From positions 1 through 52,760 of the forward strand of contig DF237550.1 in assembly GCA_000708835.1 (NCBI GenBank): a DNA stretch of 52,760 bases. The letters are read 5' to 3'. A program made the translations under genes and the position numbers. The DNA comes from Klebsormidium nitens (Eukaryota > Plantae > Klebsormidiophyceae). Under the pieces are notes generated by a model. It was not told the DNA's origin and ran no database searches. It saw only the letters and a list, made by a program, of their open reading frames with translations. This document shows, in pieces, positions 1 to 11,330 of the stretch. The number at the start of each line of letters is the position of its first letter. Within the stretch, counting starts at the first letter, position 1.

Positions 1-557
1 AAACGTGGCCATGTGCTGCGCTTGCCTCTGCTGACACTACAAAGCATCCGGGGGCCCAAGAGCCCCCGGCACGCCTAGTTTGGGGATTGTGGGAGCATAG
101 GATGTGAACCATCGACACAACCCCTATCCGTACCGGTAAAACGGTCGGACTGTAAATAACACCATGACGAATCCCGTCCTCTTCTCAACAAGTAGATATA
201 TTACTAGGTCAATCGGATATGTGGAAACAGCGGGAATGTATATGCTCTAAGGAGAATCTTCTCCCATTGCGATCAGATAATATATAGTTCTGTACAGGAT
301 CTTTGCGTGGTTACTGACTGCCGTATCCTAATTAAAATCTTGAGCCGTATCGGCTATATTCGAACCTCATGAGAGACATACGCGTCCTTGTAACCCCACC
401 ACAGTTTTCAGAGGACGTTGTCCTTGACACAAATCCAACCCGGACTCGGAGCGATTATGTAGCAGTTTCAAGTTGGAGTGACAGAGCTAATAGTAAAAGC
501 GGGCGGCCCTAAAAGCGGGGAGCTGCAGGGCAGATTGGTGTGGCTCAGGCCCAGGGT

Positions 558-594
558 TTTCAGGTTGGCCCGTTTCAGGTTGGCCCGTTTCAGG
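558..594. repeat. Short tandem repeat, 15-bp unit TTTCAGGTTGGCCCG x2.5
   Basis: Units at 558-572, 573-587 and partial 588-594 read directly from the sequence. Confidence 0.85.
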
Positions 595-1546
595 AACTGG
601 CATTTTGTGGACTGCTGTGATGGCACATAGGTATCTGAAGCGCTTCTGAGAACGTCGTGGACTAGATAAGTTGCTATTTGGTTGCCTTAAGAAGCACTCG
701 TAGTGTAGTACAATGTGTCAGGCAGAGATGGGCTCTGCCGCTTCTTTTCTGATACTCAAGGACGTAAGTCACTGGCATTGTGGTGCCCTTGCATCGATTT
801 TTGGCATAGCGAAAGGCGCGCAGCGTAATCGAGACTCTCTAAGAGTTCCAAAAGTAGCATAATTGTTGCGCTAGTTATGCCAAAATTCGTGCTGTTTTCA
901 TACTTATCACGTAACCATTTGCTCTTGCTGTCTTGAGCAGCCTCTAGAGGCATCAGGATGATACACCATATCTGAAGCTCTTCAAGAACGCAACTGAGGG
1001 ACTTGTTTGAAGGAGGTGGACGTGGTTTTAGGGGTTGTTTCTGTGACTCTTCATGAGTGCGTACGCGCGGGAGTTACGCACGGGAGTTGCATACGCAATG
1101 AAGGAGCGAATGCATTAGAAGTGGAGCATGCGAATGTTCATCGACAGAAACTAATATTTACTCTTTACTTTCCTCTTGACCTCGCAGGGGATTGAAAGCT
1201 GGTCCTTCAATTTTCTCATCATGACAAGGTGCCGGCCTCATGGCCGGTCCAAGTTTGATCAAAGGGTGAGCGTGTGGTGCGATCTGACACAATTGGTTGT
1301 TCTCTTATACACAATCTGGGGGCAGCAAGTTCCCTGTCATGACCCTAATGCATTGTGGGTCTGCATCTGACACGTGACTCAATAGCGACGGTAACTTAAT
1401 GCTTCACCGTTGCTTCTGCAGCTTGGAATGAGTTGCAAAGTATGGGGGATATCTCCTCTCTTTCATCTGTTGCCTATCCGATCTGAGCAACGGTGCTTCT
1501 TCTCATGCAGAAGCCAGGCAGGACCCCCTTGAGAAGCGCACTGCCA

Positions 1547-3256
1547 ATGGCTGAGCACACACCCGCTGCCTCGAGCCCCCCAGACCTTGACGCCGCTCTT
1601 CCCCTCCCAGACATTCAACGCCTGGTCATGAGCACGTTCAAGCAGGGGACTGTCAAGGGGGAGCGCCTCTTCCGCAGGAGCGTGGCAGTTGTGCGCGGGC
1701 TAGCTAGGAAAGCGTGCGGGTCAGCGGGCTACAGCTGGACAAAGGCCGCCCGGGACGGGGCCTCGCAGGTGGCCATGCGGGGCTTAGAGGGGCTCCTGAG
1801 TGCTTCAGAGTCGTTTCTGCGCGAGGGCTTCAACCATGTGGTTGCGGAAACTGCTGAAGCCTACCTGGAGGGGCTGAAGCACGAGGGCAATGTGCGGGGT
1901 AGGTTGCAGGGCCGCAAGCGCAGAACCTCGGGAGTGAAGCGGGGTGCGCAGCGCAGCTACCGCGAGCAGCCGACGGAGGGGCTAGGTTCCCAACTAGGTA
2001 AGAAGGGCTAGCTGTTCACTTTCTTCTGCAGTTGATCAGTCGGGCCAGGCGATGCCAGTATGTCGGGTTGTACTTTGTCGCAGCGCCTGCGTAGTGCAAA
2101 TTTCAGGCGGGGGGGAGCTTCTTCTTGTACCAAGATTGGTTCAATCTTGACTAACATAGACTGTACTGTATGTGGTAGACGCCAGTACCTACTTTTGGTC
2201 TCGAGGATTCCAGGATAGAGCTTCTCGTGTACCCAAATGCACCCTTCGTTTCTGGATTAGAACCTCTCCTTCCTTGGTACGCTGCCATCACCTGCAAGGT
2301 TTTTCAGTGTTCAGCATCAGGTCTCCTCCATGGTAGAGTTGCCTGCTTGAGTTACACATCGCAACTTAAGGTGCGATTCTAACTCCGTTCTTGGGACCCT
2401 TTTTCAGATCATTTAGGGCCACACAGCCTCAGCTGCCACGGGTGCGGCGCCGGTGCAGCGTGGGGTCTTCGAGGAAGCAGGGAGGGCGGTAGTATCAAAT
2501 ACTTTTGCGAAACGCATGCAACCTCCAGTGGCTGCTTTCGAGTCGACCCAGACCGTGCTGGTGAGAGCATTCGCGGTGCCTGCCTTAAAGTTGCGTCTGG
2601 GTTTCCTGCAACATTTCAGCTGCTCCCCTGCCGCACAGCAATGGGTCTTTAGAGTAGAAAGGCGAGAGTGACGCGCTCTGTATGCTTCTGCAGTCTGGGC
2701 AGCGGACCACGAACTGCGTCGCCTGAGAGCAAAAGCTAGGCGACTCGAGCAGGAGCTGCAAGATCTTGGAGGGGCCCCGAAAGGTGAGCGTGCGCTGCCG
2801 GTTGGGCTGGTCTAATCTGTTCGCTCTTGTTTAAAGCCGGGGAACAGTGAGCTCCTTTTCATGCCTTTGGTGCGTGGTGGGTCCTTCTTCACTGCACTGA
2901 TACGTGATGCGTTCTTCTTGGCAGATGCACCCAGCGCGCCACCCTTTGCAGCTTGGCAGGAGTCCGGAGGTATGACGGACTGGGTTTCCATGCCCAAGAG
3001 CCGGTCGCTTATAGGTAAGGCACTTCGATTGTGGCTCTGTGTCTGCATCACTTGTGGAGCAGTCGGGCTGAACATTCAAATGGTTGTGGAGCACTTGGGC
3101 CTTGACCTTCTCTTGACTTGTTCGGGGGTCTTCCTCGTCGGTTCCGGATGAGCCAACTGCGTCAGACCTTTAGCATCTGAATGTGGTGTCCTCATGTGCA
3201 GCGACGCTTCTCATGAGGGGTGGGGTGGAAACCAATCCGGGGCCTTCTCCACATGA
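1547..3256 (+). CDS. Putative spliced ORF1 (~270 aa): basic NLS-like stretch, C-x2-C-x20-C-x2-H zinc-finger-like motif and short coiled coil; function unknown
   Basis: Phase-consistent GT-AG exons 1547-1997, 2408-2560, 2694-2784, 2952-3014, 3202-3256 (TGA 3254-3256). Translation includes GRKRRTSGVKR, CHGCGAGAAWGLRGSREGGSIKYFCETH and ELRRLRAKARRLEQELQDL. It may extend upstream via exons near 1188-1265 and 1422-1439. No family recognised with certainty. Confidence 0.45.
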
Positions 3257-6200
3257 GGTGAGCCTAGACAAGGAGTCCCTGCAATTTAGGGCGGGGACTG
3301 GTTAGCGCTGGTTGTATTCAGGCATCATGGAGCAACTTTGTGTCCCTTGTCAATGTCCATGCTGCTAAAGAGCGGGCTACACATTGTTGTGCTGATCTCC
3401 AATGTCTCCCTACCACAGATTGCACGAGTCTGGCGGGAAGCTTATCCAAACGCCGACCCCACCCTGCTGGAGTATCTCTCACTTCACCAGTTCAAGTTGG
3501 CAGAGTGGAGAGCACTGCCTGCTCAAAGGCGCTCTATCATTCTGACCGGGCTGAAAGAGAAGTACAAAGAGCCATGGGCAGTGGGCTGGAGCATCTTCCT
3601 TAGAAGGGCAGCCGGTGAGCAGCTCCTCCTCTAGATGAGTAGGCTAGCTACGAGGCAAAGTGCTTGGAGATTAAATTTACAGGTTGTGGCCAATATGGAC
3701 ATGAGGGATTCGAGCACTGTAGTACTGTTCTTTAGCATATAGCGGCGGGAAAGCTTGGAGGAAATGGCATGGAAAACGGAATCCGCTCATTTTTGAGATT
3801 TTGTCGGCTTCCTTGCTATGCGATATAGTCGCTTCTTTATCAATCTTGCCGGACACACTGGTGCATGCTAGGCATGTGGTGTGTCCAAAAGAAGCAGAGA
3901 GCAGAAAGCATATTGGTGTGCAGCTGATGGCAGACACGCACCATTGTGGGCATTAAGAATCTGTCAGGTGCTTTTTATTTTGCACGCTTCCAAATGGTGA
4001 GGGTCTCCACAGTTGGATCCTGCCTTTGCTTGCTGCCTTAAGAGCTTATGCGCGCGATAGCCTGATCTGCTTCTTGGTCCGATGCAGCTTCTACCAGTTC
4101 CGATGTGGATATGGAGAATGCAGAGAGCTGGGTGGAAGCTCATCCGACTTTCCATCCACCCCTGCTGGAGTACCTGGCCAACCAGAAAGTCCAATTGGCG
4201 GATTGGAGAGCGCTCCCCGCTGAAGCTCAACTTGAGAGCCTGACCGAGTTGAAGGCCCACCACCCAGCATGGCTTATCGGCTGGGATCTCTCCCTGGAGG
4301 CTATTGGTAAGCAGTATTCTCTTCTAGATGAGAAGGCTAGCTACAAGGCAAGTGCTTGGAGATTATGGTTAGAGGTTGTGGTCAGTGCGGAGATGAGTGA
4401 TTCAAGCATTGTAGTACTGTTTATTTAGCCTGCAGCGGCGGGAAAGCTTGGAGGAGCTGGCATGAGAAACGAATCTGCTGATAGTGACTTTGTGTGGGCT
4501 TCCTTTCCGAGTGACATAGTCGCTTCTTTGTCAATCTTGCCGTGGACCATAGTGCATGCTAGGCATGGGGTGTTTCCCCAGAAGAAGCAGAGCAGAAAGC
4601 GGACTGATGTGCAGTTGCAGTTGTTGGCAGAGCAAGCACACTTTTTGCCCATTAGAATCTTCATTAGCTGTTACCCTTCTGCACTCTTCCAAAAGTGTCG
4701 GGGTCTCCACCGTTGGAATCCACTTTGCTCGCTGCCTCAGAGCTTATGCAGCGAGACCCTGATATGCTTATCCTTCTGCTGCAGTTGCTGTGAGGAAGGG
4801 TCAGGATGGAGAGGCGGGCCAACCTGAGGACATGGATATGGGGGATGCTGATGAGAATAACCAGAGTTGTGAGTTCTGCCGCTTATGTCGAGAATATTTA
4901 AACCAACATCGTGAAGCTAGGTTTGCCCGTTTCCTTGGCAACTGAGGTCCAACCAGCACTGGCACCTCTGCTGCTTGAGAGCTGATAAACTCGAATGTCG
5001 GACAACTACTCTCTGCTCTCTGCCTTACTATCTGGTGCATGATGGACAATCTACGGATAGGTTGAGCAACCCAGCAAGCATCTGCATCTCCAAGTCCTAA
5101 TTTGTATTGCGTTCCGCCATTGCCTAGTAGTGACCCTGCCCACTAGCGGCTTTCCTCTCAGGCAATGCATTTGTGACCAAGTCTGAGCACGTAGCCTTTG
5201 CGCAGATGCACGGAGCGACATCCTGGCGTTGCAGAACTTGGCAAACGTCTCAGATACGGGCCTCAAGGTATGTGATTTCTGCCTACCCTGGTCTTGCCGC
5301 ACTTGCACCGGAGCCGGAAGGGCCTCTTCTCTAATGCTTTGCTTGAGTCTTTTAACTACCAGTCCAAGCTTTTTGATTGCTTGCGTGGGGTCTTCCTGTG
5401 CCTCTTCTTCCCTCGAGCATGTCCTTTTCTTCATATGTGCGGATATGCGACTGGCGGACACTCACGCTTGGAGGAGTTTTCTCGTTGCGCGAAAGTTTAG
5501 CTCGCCTTTCATGCGGTGCAGGAACCAGCTAGCTCGTCTGCCCCGCATTTGGAGAAGAGCAGAGATGCTGATTGGTATGTCGTACAAAGCCAATGCGAAG
5601 CTCTGATTAACCGAGCTAGGGGTGCACTTGCAAAGCTGCAAATAGAGCCGCAGATTGCCTGCTTCCAGAGCCCCTCTGAGCTTCCGCATGCCGCAGCAAT
5701 CAACAAGAACAAGATTCCCCTGGCAAGGGGATTGCCCAGTTTCCTAGTGGACCGTCTGCCAAGCCCTGTCTTCAACAATGTGACGTGGACGCAAGCTGCG
5801 GAGCTTCTCGACGGGATGAAAGAGAGGCACACATTTCAGAACCTTTCCGTAACAAGCTTTATGGCTGCCTCTGGCTACGGGAAGACAAGGACTGCGCTAG
5901 AAATGGGCTGCCTGCGGCCAGGTGTCCTCTACTTCAGCTGCTGCGGCCCAGAAGAGGTCGGCTCGAGAGATTTGTGGGAAATGCTGGGCCGCCTCAAGGT
6001 CACGTGCAAGGAGGGCTCCAGGTTCTGGGAGAGCAACCACGAGCGGGTGCAAAAGCACGTGTACGCTATGCTGCTTTCGCGCCTGAAGCACCTCAGCGAG
6101 TGCCTCTCCTTAGGATGTGACCCCCAGCAGTGGCTGCGCTACCAGCTCGTGGTCTATCAGGGGCAGCAGGTAATGATGTGTTGTCTATTCCCACTCCTAG

Positions 6201-8343
6201 GCACGTTTCGTTAGTCTTTTGCCTGCTCCCCAACATCTCTTGTGATCCCAGCAGGACCCTGCGTGCGTTTGTTTTGGGCGTTGTCCATGCGGTGCTTCTT
6301 ACAATGGTACTACTCCAAAGATTGGAAGTGGATGCACGCGCTATTTTGCCTCAATCCGTCAAGTCGGACTGCTAAGTTCTTGCAGTGTCTCGTTCTTGCC
6401 TCCAATACCGTCTTCCTTGTTTGCACCAGGAGCTCCATTGAGCTGTTTCGTATCGTTCTGTCATCTACTGGCCAAGATTGGTGCTTAAACGTGGCTTTTC
6501 TGGAGAATGAAGAAGCACCCATCTTCCTTGGGCGGCTAGGGGTGCACCTCTGCTTGCTTTGTGCAGCTTACTAGCTTTGTGCTTACTAACGAGGATCACC
6601 ATCGTTGTGCAGGACACCTTTGCGGAGGCGTACAATGTGCTGCGGCATGCGTCACTCAAGGACCTCCAAGAGCTCGTCACCGCCGAACTAGAGGCTTGTC
6701 TGAGCACCTTGATGGCTGACGGGGTCGAGTTCCTGATTCTGGTGTTGGACGAGGCTCAGCTCTGGGCAGAAGAGCTCCCTGGCATGTTCTCGAATGGGGC
6801 CGTCAAAGGGCAGCAAGAGGGGCGGCCCTTGCTGTCAGCCTTCCTTGCTGTTATCGCCAGCGATCCTGTCCTCGTCAAGAACATCCACGTCGTGCTTTCG
6901 GGCACTGGGTTGTCATTGTCACAAAGCATGCTCGTAGCTTCAGCCTTAATGAAAGTGGGAAGCAAGCCGTTCCCTGTTGTCGACTTTGGAACTTTCAACG
7001 ATGCATCCGCACGCAAGTATCTGGGGGACTATGCGGGTCCGCAGGACATTCCAGAACACGACCTGCTTTTCCTTGTTGGGAGGAGACGGTTCGCAGCTAG
7101 GGTTGTGCTGGACTGGGCGCAGAGCGGACAGGAGAGCATTCTGACTTGTCTTAGATCGTTAGTCCGGCAGCACACAACAAAGGAAGGAAGGGAACTCTTC
7201 TTGGCGAACGAGCGCAGGGACGTGTACGAACGCCACTTCCTCTACGGCCGCCTTGGTGCTTTGTTGAAGCGAGGGGCAGAGGGAATGAAGCTGCTTGACC
7301 TACTGAAGCGGGTTGCCTTTGCCCACGCAAGGCTGGGGGGCCCCTGTTTGTTCCTGCACCACCAGGAGTTCGACCTGGTGGATCTTGGTTTTGTGAAACT
7401 GCACCACTCAGGGAAGCACCGCATTGTGGCCTCAATCGAGGAGCCCCTTGCGGTCAGGGCACTGTTCAACTTTTTGGAAACGGAGCTCAAATGGAGTGCC
7501 AAGGAACACGCGCTGACTCTGATGGCGCAGAGCCAACCCTTTCCAGCCATGCTGGGGCAGTGGTTCGAGGTGGTGGCTCCCGACCAGCTTCCCCAGCTCT
7601 TTCAAACGGAGGGGGCTCTAGCGGATGCGCCGCTCTTCAGCAACCTCAAAAGCGAGCTGCCGGAGTGCTTTCGGAGGGAGGGTGCAAGTTTGGCGCGAGT
7701 CCAATTGGCTCCCGATGGCAAATACAGCTTTAGCACAGTGGCTAAACCGACAGGGTTAGACGCCCCAGTGCGTCTAGCGACCAAGGGCAGGGGCGTGCTG
7801 GCGTGGCTGCGAGACCCCGGTGGCATCGTCTGGTTCTTTCCTGAGACGAGCGCCGGGCCAGACCTTCTCTTTTTCGTGGTTGTTGGGGGTGCCCTCTACC
7901 TTGTGGTCTGCCAGCTAAAGCTCCGGTGGAAGTTGGACAGCCTAGCCAGGGCCATCCAAACGGTCGACCCCAGGTATCTTTTTGAGGGGAAGGTAAACAA
8001 GGAGGAGTTGCGAGAAGTAGCACACGAGGCGCTTCGCGCAGAGAGGGGGGTGGACGGGGTTATCAGCCTTTTAATCGGATATCCTCTCAGAACCCGGATG
8101 AGAGAATTTGTTCCCAAGAAGTCTTCTGCTGAGGAGGAGGATAGAAAGAGGAAGAGCAAAGAGGAGGTGGATGACATGGTGGAGCCGTCTGTCCGAATTG
8201 TGATTGATGGAAAGCGAAAGACAGAACTTCTTCCAAAGGAGCTGAGAAAGTTTTTGGATGCGGCAAAAAATTACGGAGAACTCGAGGCAGAGGAGGACGA
8301 CTTAAAGGAGGCCGAGGAAGTGGAGGCAGAAGAAGGCAGGTGA
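2972..8343 (+). CDS. Crinkler (CRN/CR)-like protein, ~1010 aa: 2A-like N-terminal peptide, duplicated helical header, P-loop NTPase, C-terminal restriction-endonuclease-like domain
   Basis: Phase-consistent exons 2972-3014, 3202-3257, 3419-3614, 4088-4306, 4785-4868, 5206-5267, 5522-6169, 6613-8343 (3039 nt). Walker A MAASGYGKT (5861-5887), Walker B LILVLDEAQ, VVLSGTGLSL motif, and REase-like FFPETSAGPDLLFF...VCQLK...AIQTVDP. This NTPase+REase layout is typical of CR effectors. The 5' exons are less certain than the last two. Confidence 0.8.
3419..4868 (+). repeat. Tandem duplication of an exon+intron unit (~690-700 bp) encoding a ~65-aa helical repeat, plus the start of a third degenerate copy
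   Basis: Exons 3419-3614 and 4088-4306 encode similar peptides (WREAYPNADPTLLEYLSLHQFKLAEWRALPA vs WVEAHPTFHPPLLEYLANQKVQLADWRALPA). Introns 3615-4087 and 4307-4784 align along their length (e.g. ctagatgag..ggctagctac.aggcaa.gtgcttggagatta; gcggcgggaaagcttggagga). Confidence 0.9.
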
Positions 8344-9107
8344 CAGGCGAACCCGGGCTAAGGTACGTGATCAATACCTTATGCGGAAAAGCGCACTGTT
8401 GAAGGGGAGGCTGGACATGCTAGCAGCAGCAACCGGGCCATCTCGAGAACACGCACCTCTTGCAGAAATGGGTAGTAAGCAGGCCAGTCTTAAGCTTGCA
8501 GTGTGTCGAGGCGAAAATTAGGAGTTTTCTGACATCTACTTTTGCAAATCTGGACGCTTGTTGCTTATTTCTATGTGCAATCGCTTGTAGATGGATGTGC
8601 AGCGTTTGCCTTTCAGCTCCTTCTTCTCTGGAAGAGATGCAGACCATTTCATTTGCAAGAGATGCAGACCGTTTTATTGCTAAGAAGTTACGCAGGCAAG
8701 AGTTGTTGCTTTCAATGAGGAGCTTGATGAGAACTGCAAGCTGGATAGTTACCCGCGAGCCACAATCGGTATGTGATACTACTGCTGAGCGGTCCAAAAG
8801 CACCATAGAAATCGTAGACGAGGTTCCTGACGTTGCTTTCATATCCATGTGCAGATCGTCCAAGCGTCCAGTTCGAGCGACTCTGAGGCTGAGCTGAAGT
8901 TGAGCGGTATGGCATGTCGAGCACAGCAGACTCGCTGCTGTGCACAGTGCTTGACGAATAGGTCGAAAGGACGATGCGGGAGTCGATGGCACAGGCTGAA
9001 AAGGGGAAGGAGTTAGCGGAAGAAAAGGCAGGCGGACGCATGTGAGCAAGAACTTGAGAAGGATTGAATCCAAAGTGGAGAGACAGAGCGTGGTTGAGGA
9101 CCCACCC

Positions 9108-9870
9108 GCACGGTGTCCATGTGTAAGGTGCCCGTATGGAAACCATGCCAATAAGTCCACATGAGAACCTTGTTTTCAATAGTCGCGTGGTTTCTATTCG
9201 CTTTCCAAGATGAGCACGATATGGTTTCCATACGAATTGACCAACTTGCTCGCATACCAGGCAGTCCCGTACGGTGTCCATGTGGAAACCATGATGCAAG
9301 TGATGGCATGCCGCATGATTATTGTGCCTTCAAAGTGACATCACAGATGATATAGCTCGCTATATGGCTCTGCAAGCATGCCTCTGTAATTGCATCACAA
9401 AAGACCCGGGCCCCCCAGATTCCACATGGAATGCATACGTACGAAGTTCGAGCCGGTAAATCTGCGTACGAACGCTGCATACATCACAAATCCCCCCCCC
9501 CATGGATCCAACGCGGAATCAACGTAGAATATACGCGCGTAGAATCGTACAAAGACTATCACACGAAATCAATGTTGTTTCAACGCTTGTGGTTCTCATG
9601 CATGGCCTATGTTGGAAACTTGCCGCGGATCTACATAAGATATACAGAAGGTTCGACATTGATTCTACGCGTGGCATTCTTACGGCGGACCCGCGTTGAA
9701 ATTACGCGGCGTTGCTTCTATGCAAGCCTCATGTTGAAACACTTCATGTGGCCTCTATATGAGAACCGTGTAGAATACACATGATGCAGTTTCAACGCCG
9801 TTTCTATACAGGTTCCATGCTTGCGGAGTCCGCATGAGCACAACGTGGCTTATGCATGGAAAACACATTG
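9108..9870. repeat. Degenerate short-motif array (ACGGTGTCCATGTG x2; ATGGAAACC/ATGAGAACC and GTAGAAT motifs in both orientations), probably transposon-derived
   Basis: acggtgtccatgtg near 9110 and 9270; catgagaacc near 9160 with its reverse complement ggttctcatg near 9591; gtagaat recurring around 9525-9545 and 9770. No convincing ORF. Confidence 0.4.
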
Positions 9871-9949
9871 AGTCCCGCGTGAAAACTCTGTTGAGGCTAT
9901 TGTACCGGTCACCAATGGAATACCTCTATTTGCAATCGATCTCAAGAGG

Positions 9950-11330
9950 AATGTTTCAATGTCGGATGCTGTCGGTCCAAGGAGCTGCAATCTTGATCCT
10001 CTGTCAACTGTACCAGTATCAAAGCAGTAAAGCCTGTCTCAACTCACTCGAAGCTGCCGCTAAAGCCCGCGAGTCTCACGTAATCTCTGTCAACCGTCTA
10101 GTAAGTGTGGGCGCCGCTCTACCTCAGTCGTCTATCAATCTCTGACCAGATCAAACGCAGTACTACAAGAACAACCGTTCATCTCACCTCAACAACACTT
10201 TATCAGCTCCAGGTCTGTGCTATTGGATAACGTCAGCGGACGCAGCCTTAATCCCTGGTCTAGCAACCTGCAACCAATTTAAGAAGAGTGTTGAAATGCA
10301 GAAGACGCATGGTGAGAATGACAGGCTAATCAGCCAGCGGTTCCTGGTCACTGAACCTGGATGGTGGCGGATGTGAAAAAGCCGCGTCTTCTAGACTGCG
10401 CACGAACTGAGGACGCCCATCTCGAAGCCCCTGCTTGCACGAAAGAGCGTATTCTGAACGTTTAACATCAGGCCTACTTTTTGAAACCGAAGGATGACGG
10501 AAAACGTTGAGCAGAGAGCCTCAAGTTTGATCACACGGAAAAGACTGCCTGCAGCTCTAGCACACGGCTAGTTCCGCCTGTCTACAAAAATGGAAAGAAG
10601 AAGGGGCCACACCGACAGCAGTACTCTGAAACAGTCATGACTGTTAACCTGCAAGGAGCAAACGCCGGCCAATGGCGGTCAATTCTTTAGAATGGGCAGG
10701 TTCTTTTCAGGACATTTTGGTCTGGAATCTGCATTGATCAGGCCGCCGTCAGGCATGCTGTAGGACTCTCGTAGATTTGGTCTTCCGGTCCAGTTTGCGG
10801 CTGCGCTTTATTGGCGTGGTGCAGAATAGACCTTGGCCTAAAATCAAGCAAGGTTGAGAAAAATCTAGAAGTATCATGAGCTGTCTCCTGCAACAATTGC
10901 CTTTGAAAGTTCAATGGGCAGGGCGAAACTAGCTTACTTTTCAAAGACACTCTCAGGCCGTCGAGGCCGTTGAAAAAAGGTCAATTACAGAAACGTCTTC
11001 AATAACAAAAGGAAGTCAATCCTAGTCAAACCAAGAGACGATTTGCAGAAGTCAAGGACGAAGGATCGCCCTTGGGCACTAGCTAACAGGATCGGAACGT
11101 AACGACCGAAACACGCTTGAAACATTGTACTCGTACACCTTTGAGCGCAAAATTTTGGCGAATCATGATGGATATCAAACACTTCAATCGAAAAACTCCC
11201 GGTCTCGTTTGACTGGGACAGAGTCAAAGGGGCTGCCAATGTCTTCAAAAGAAAACTTTGAAGACGAAGAAGAAGAGCCCGACCACGTAAACGACAAGGC
11301 AGGAACCAGTTTCGCTGCAAGGCCGCAGGC
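9950..11330 (-). pseudogene. Possible degenerate reverse-transcriptase remnant (Penelope-like element)
   Basis: Minus-strand fragments fall in PLE-RT order: SFSIEVFDIHHD (~11200, motif-A-like), NTLFRASRGFEMGVLSS (~10460-10410, GxxMG motif), GLRLRPLTLSNSTDLEL (~10250-10195), RRLTEIT*DSRALAAASSELRQALL (~10110-10030, thumb-like). Stops and frameshifts are present and there is no clean YxDD. Confidence 0.3.

Noticed and set aside
756-953. 65-aa minus-strand ORF with protein-like composition
   Set aside because: Short, with no motif and no linkable exons inside the window.
8420-9160. 246-aa minus-strand ORF, plus overlapping 145-aa and 195-aa ORFs
   Set aside because: No recognisable domain, non-ATG starts, and part of the span overlaps a repeat array; no coherent exon chain found.
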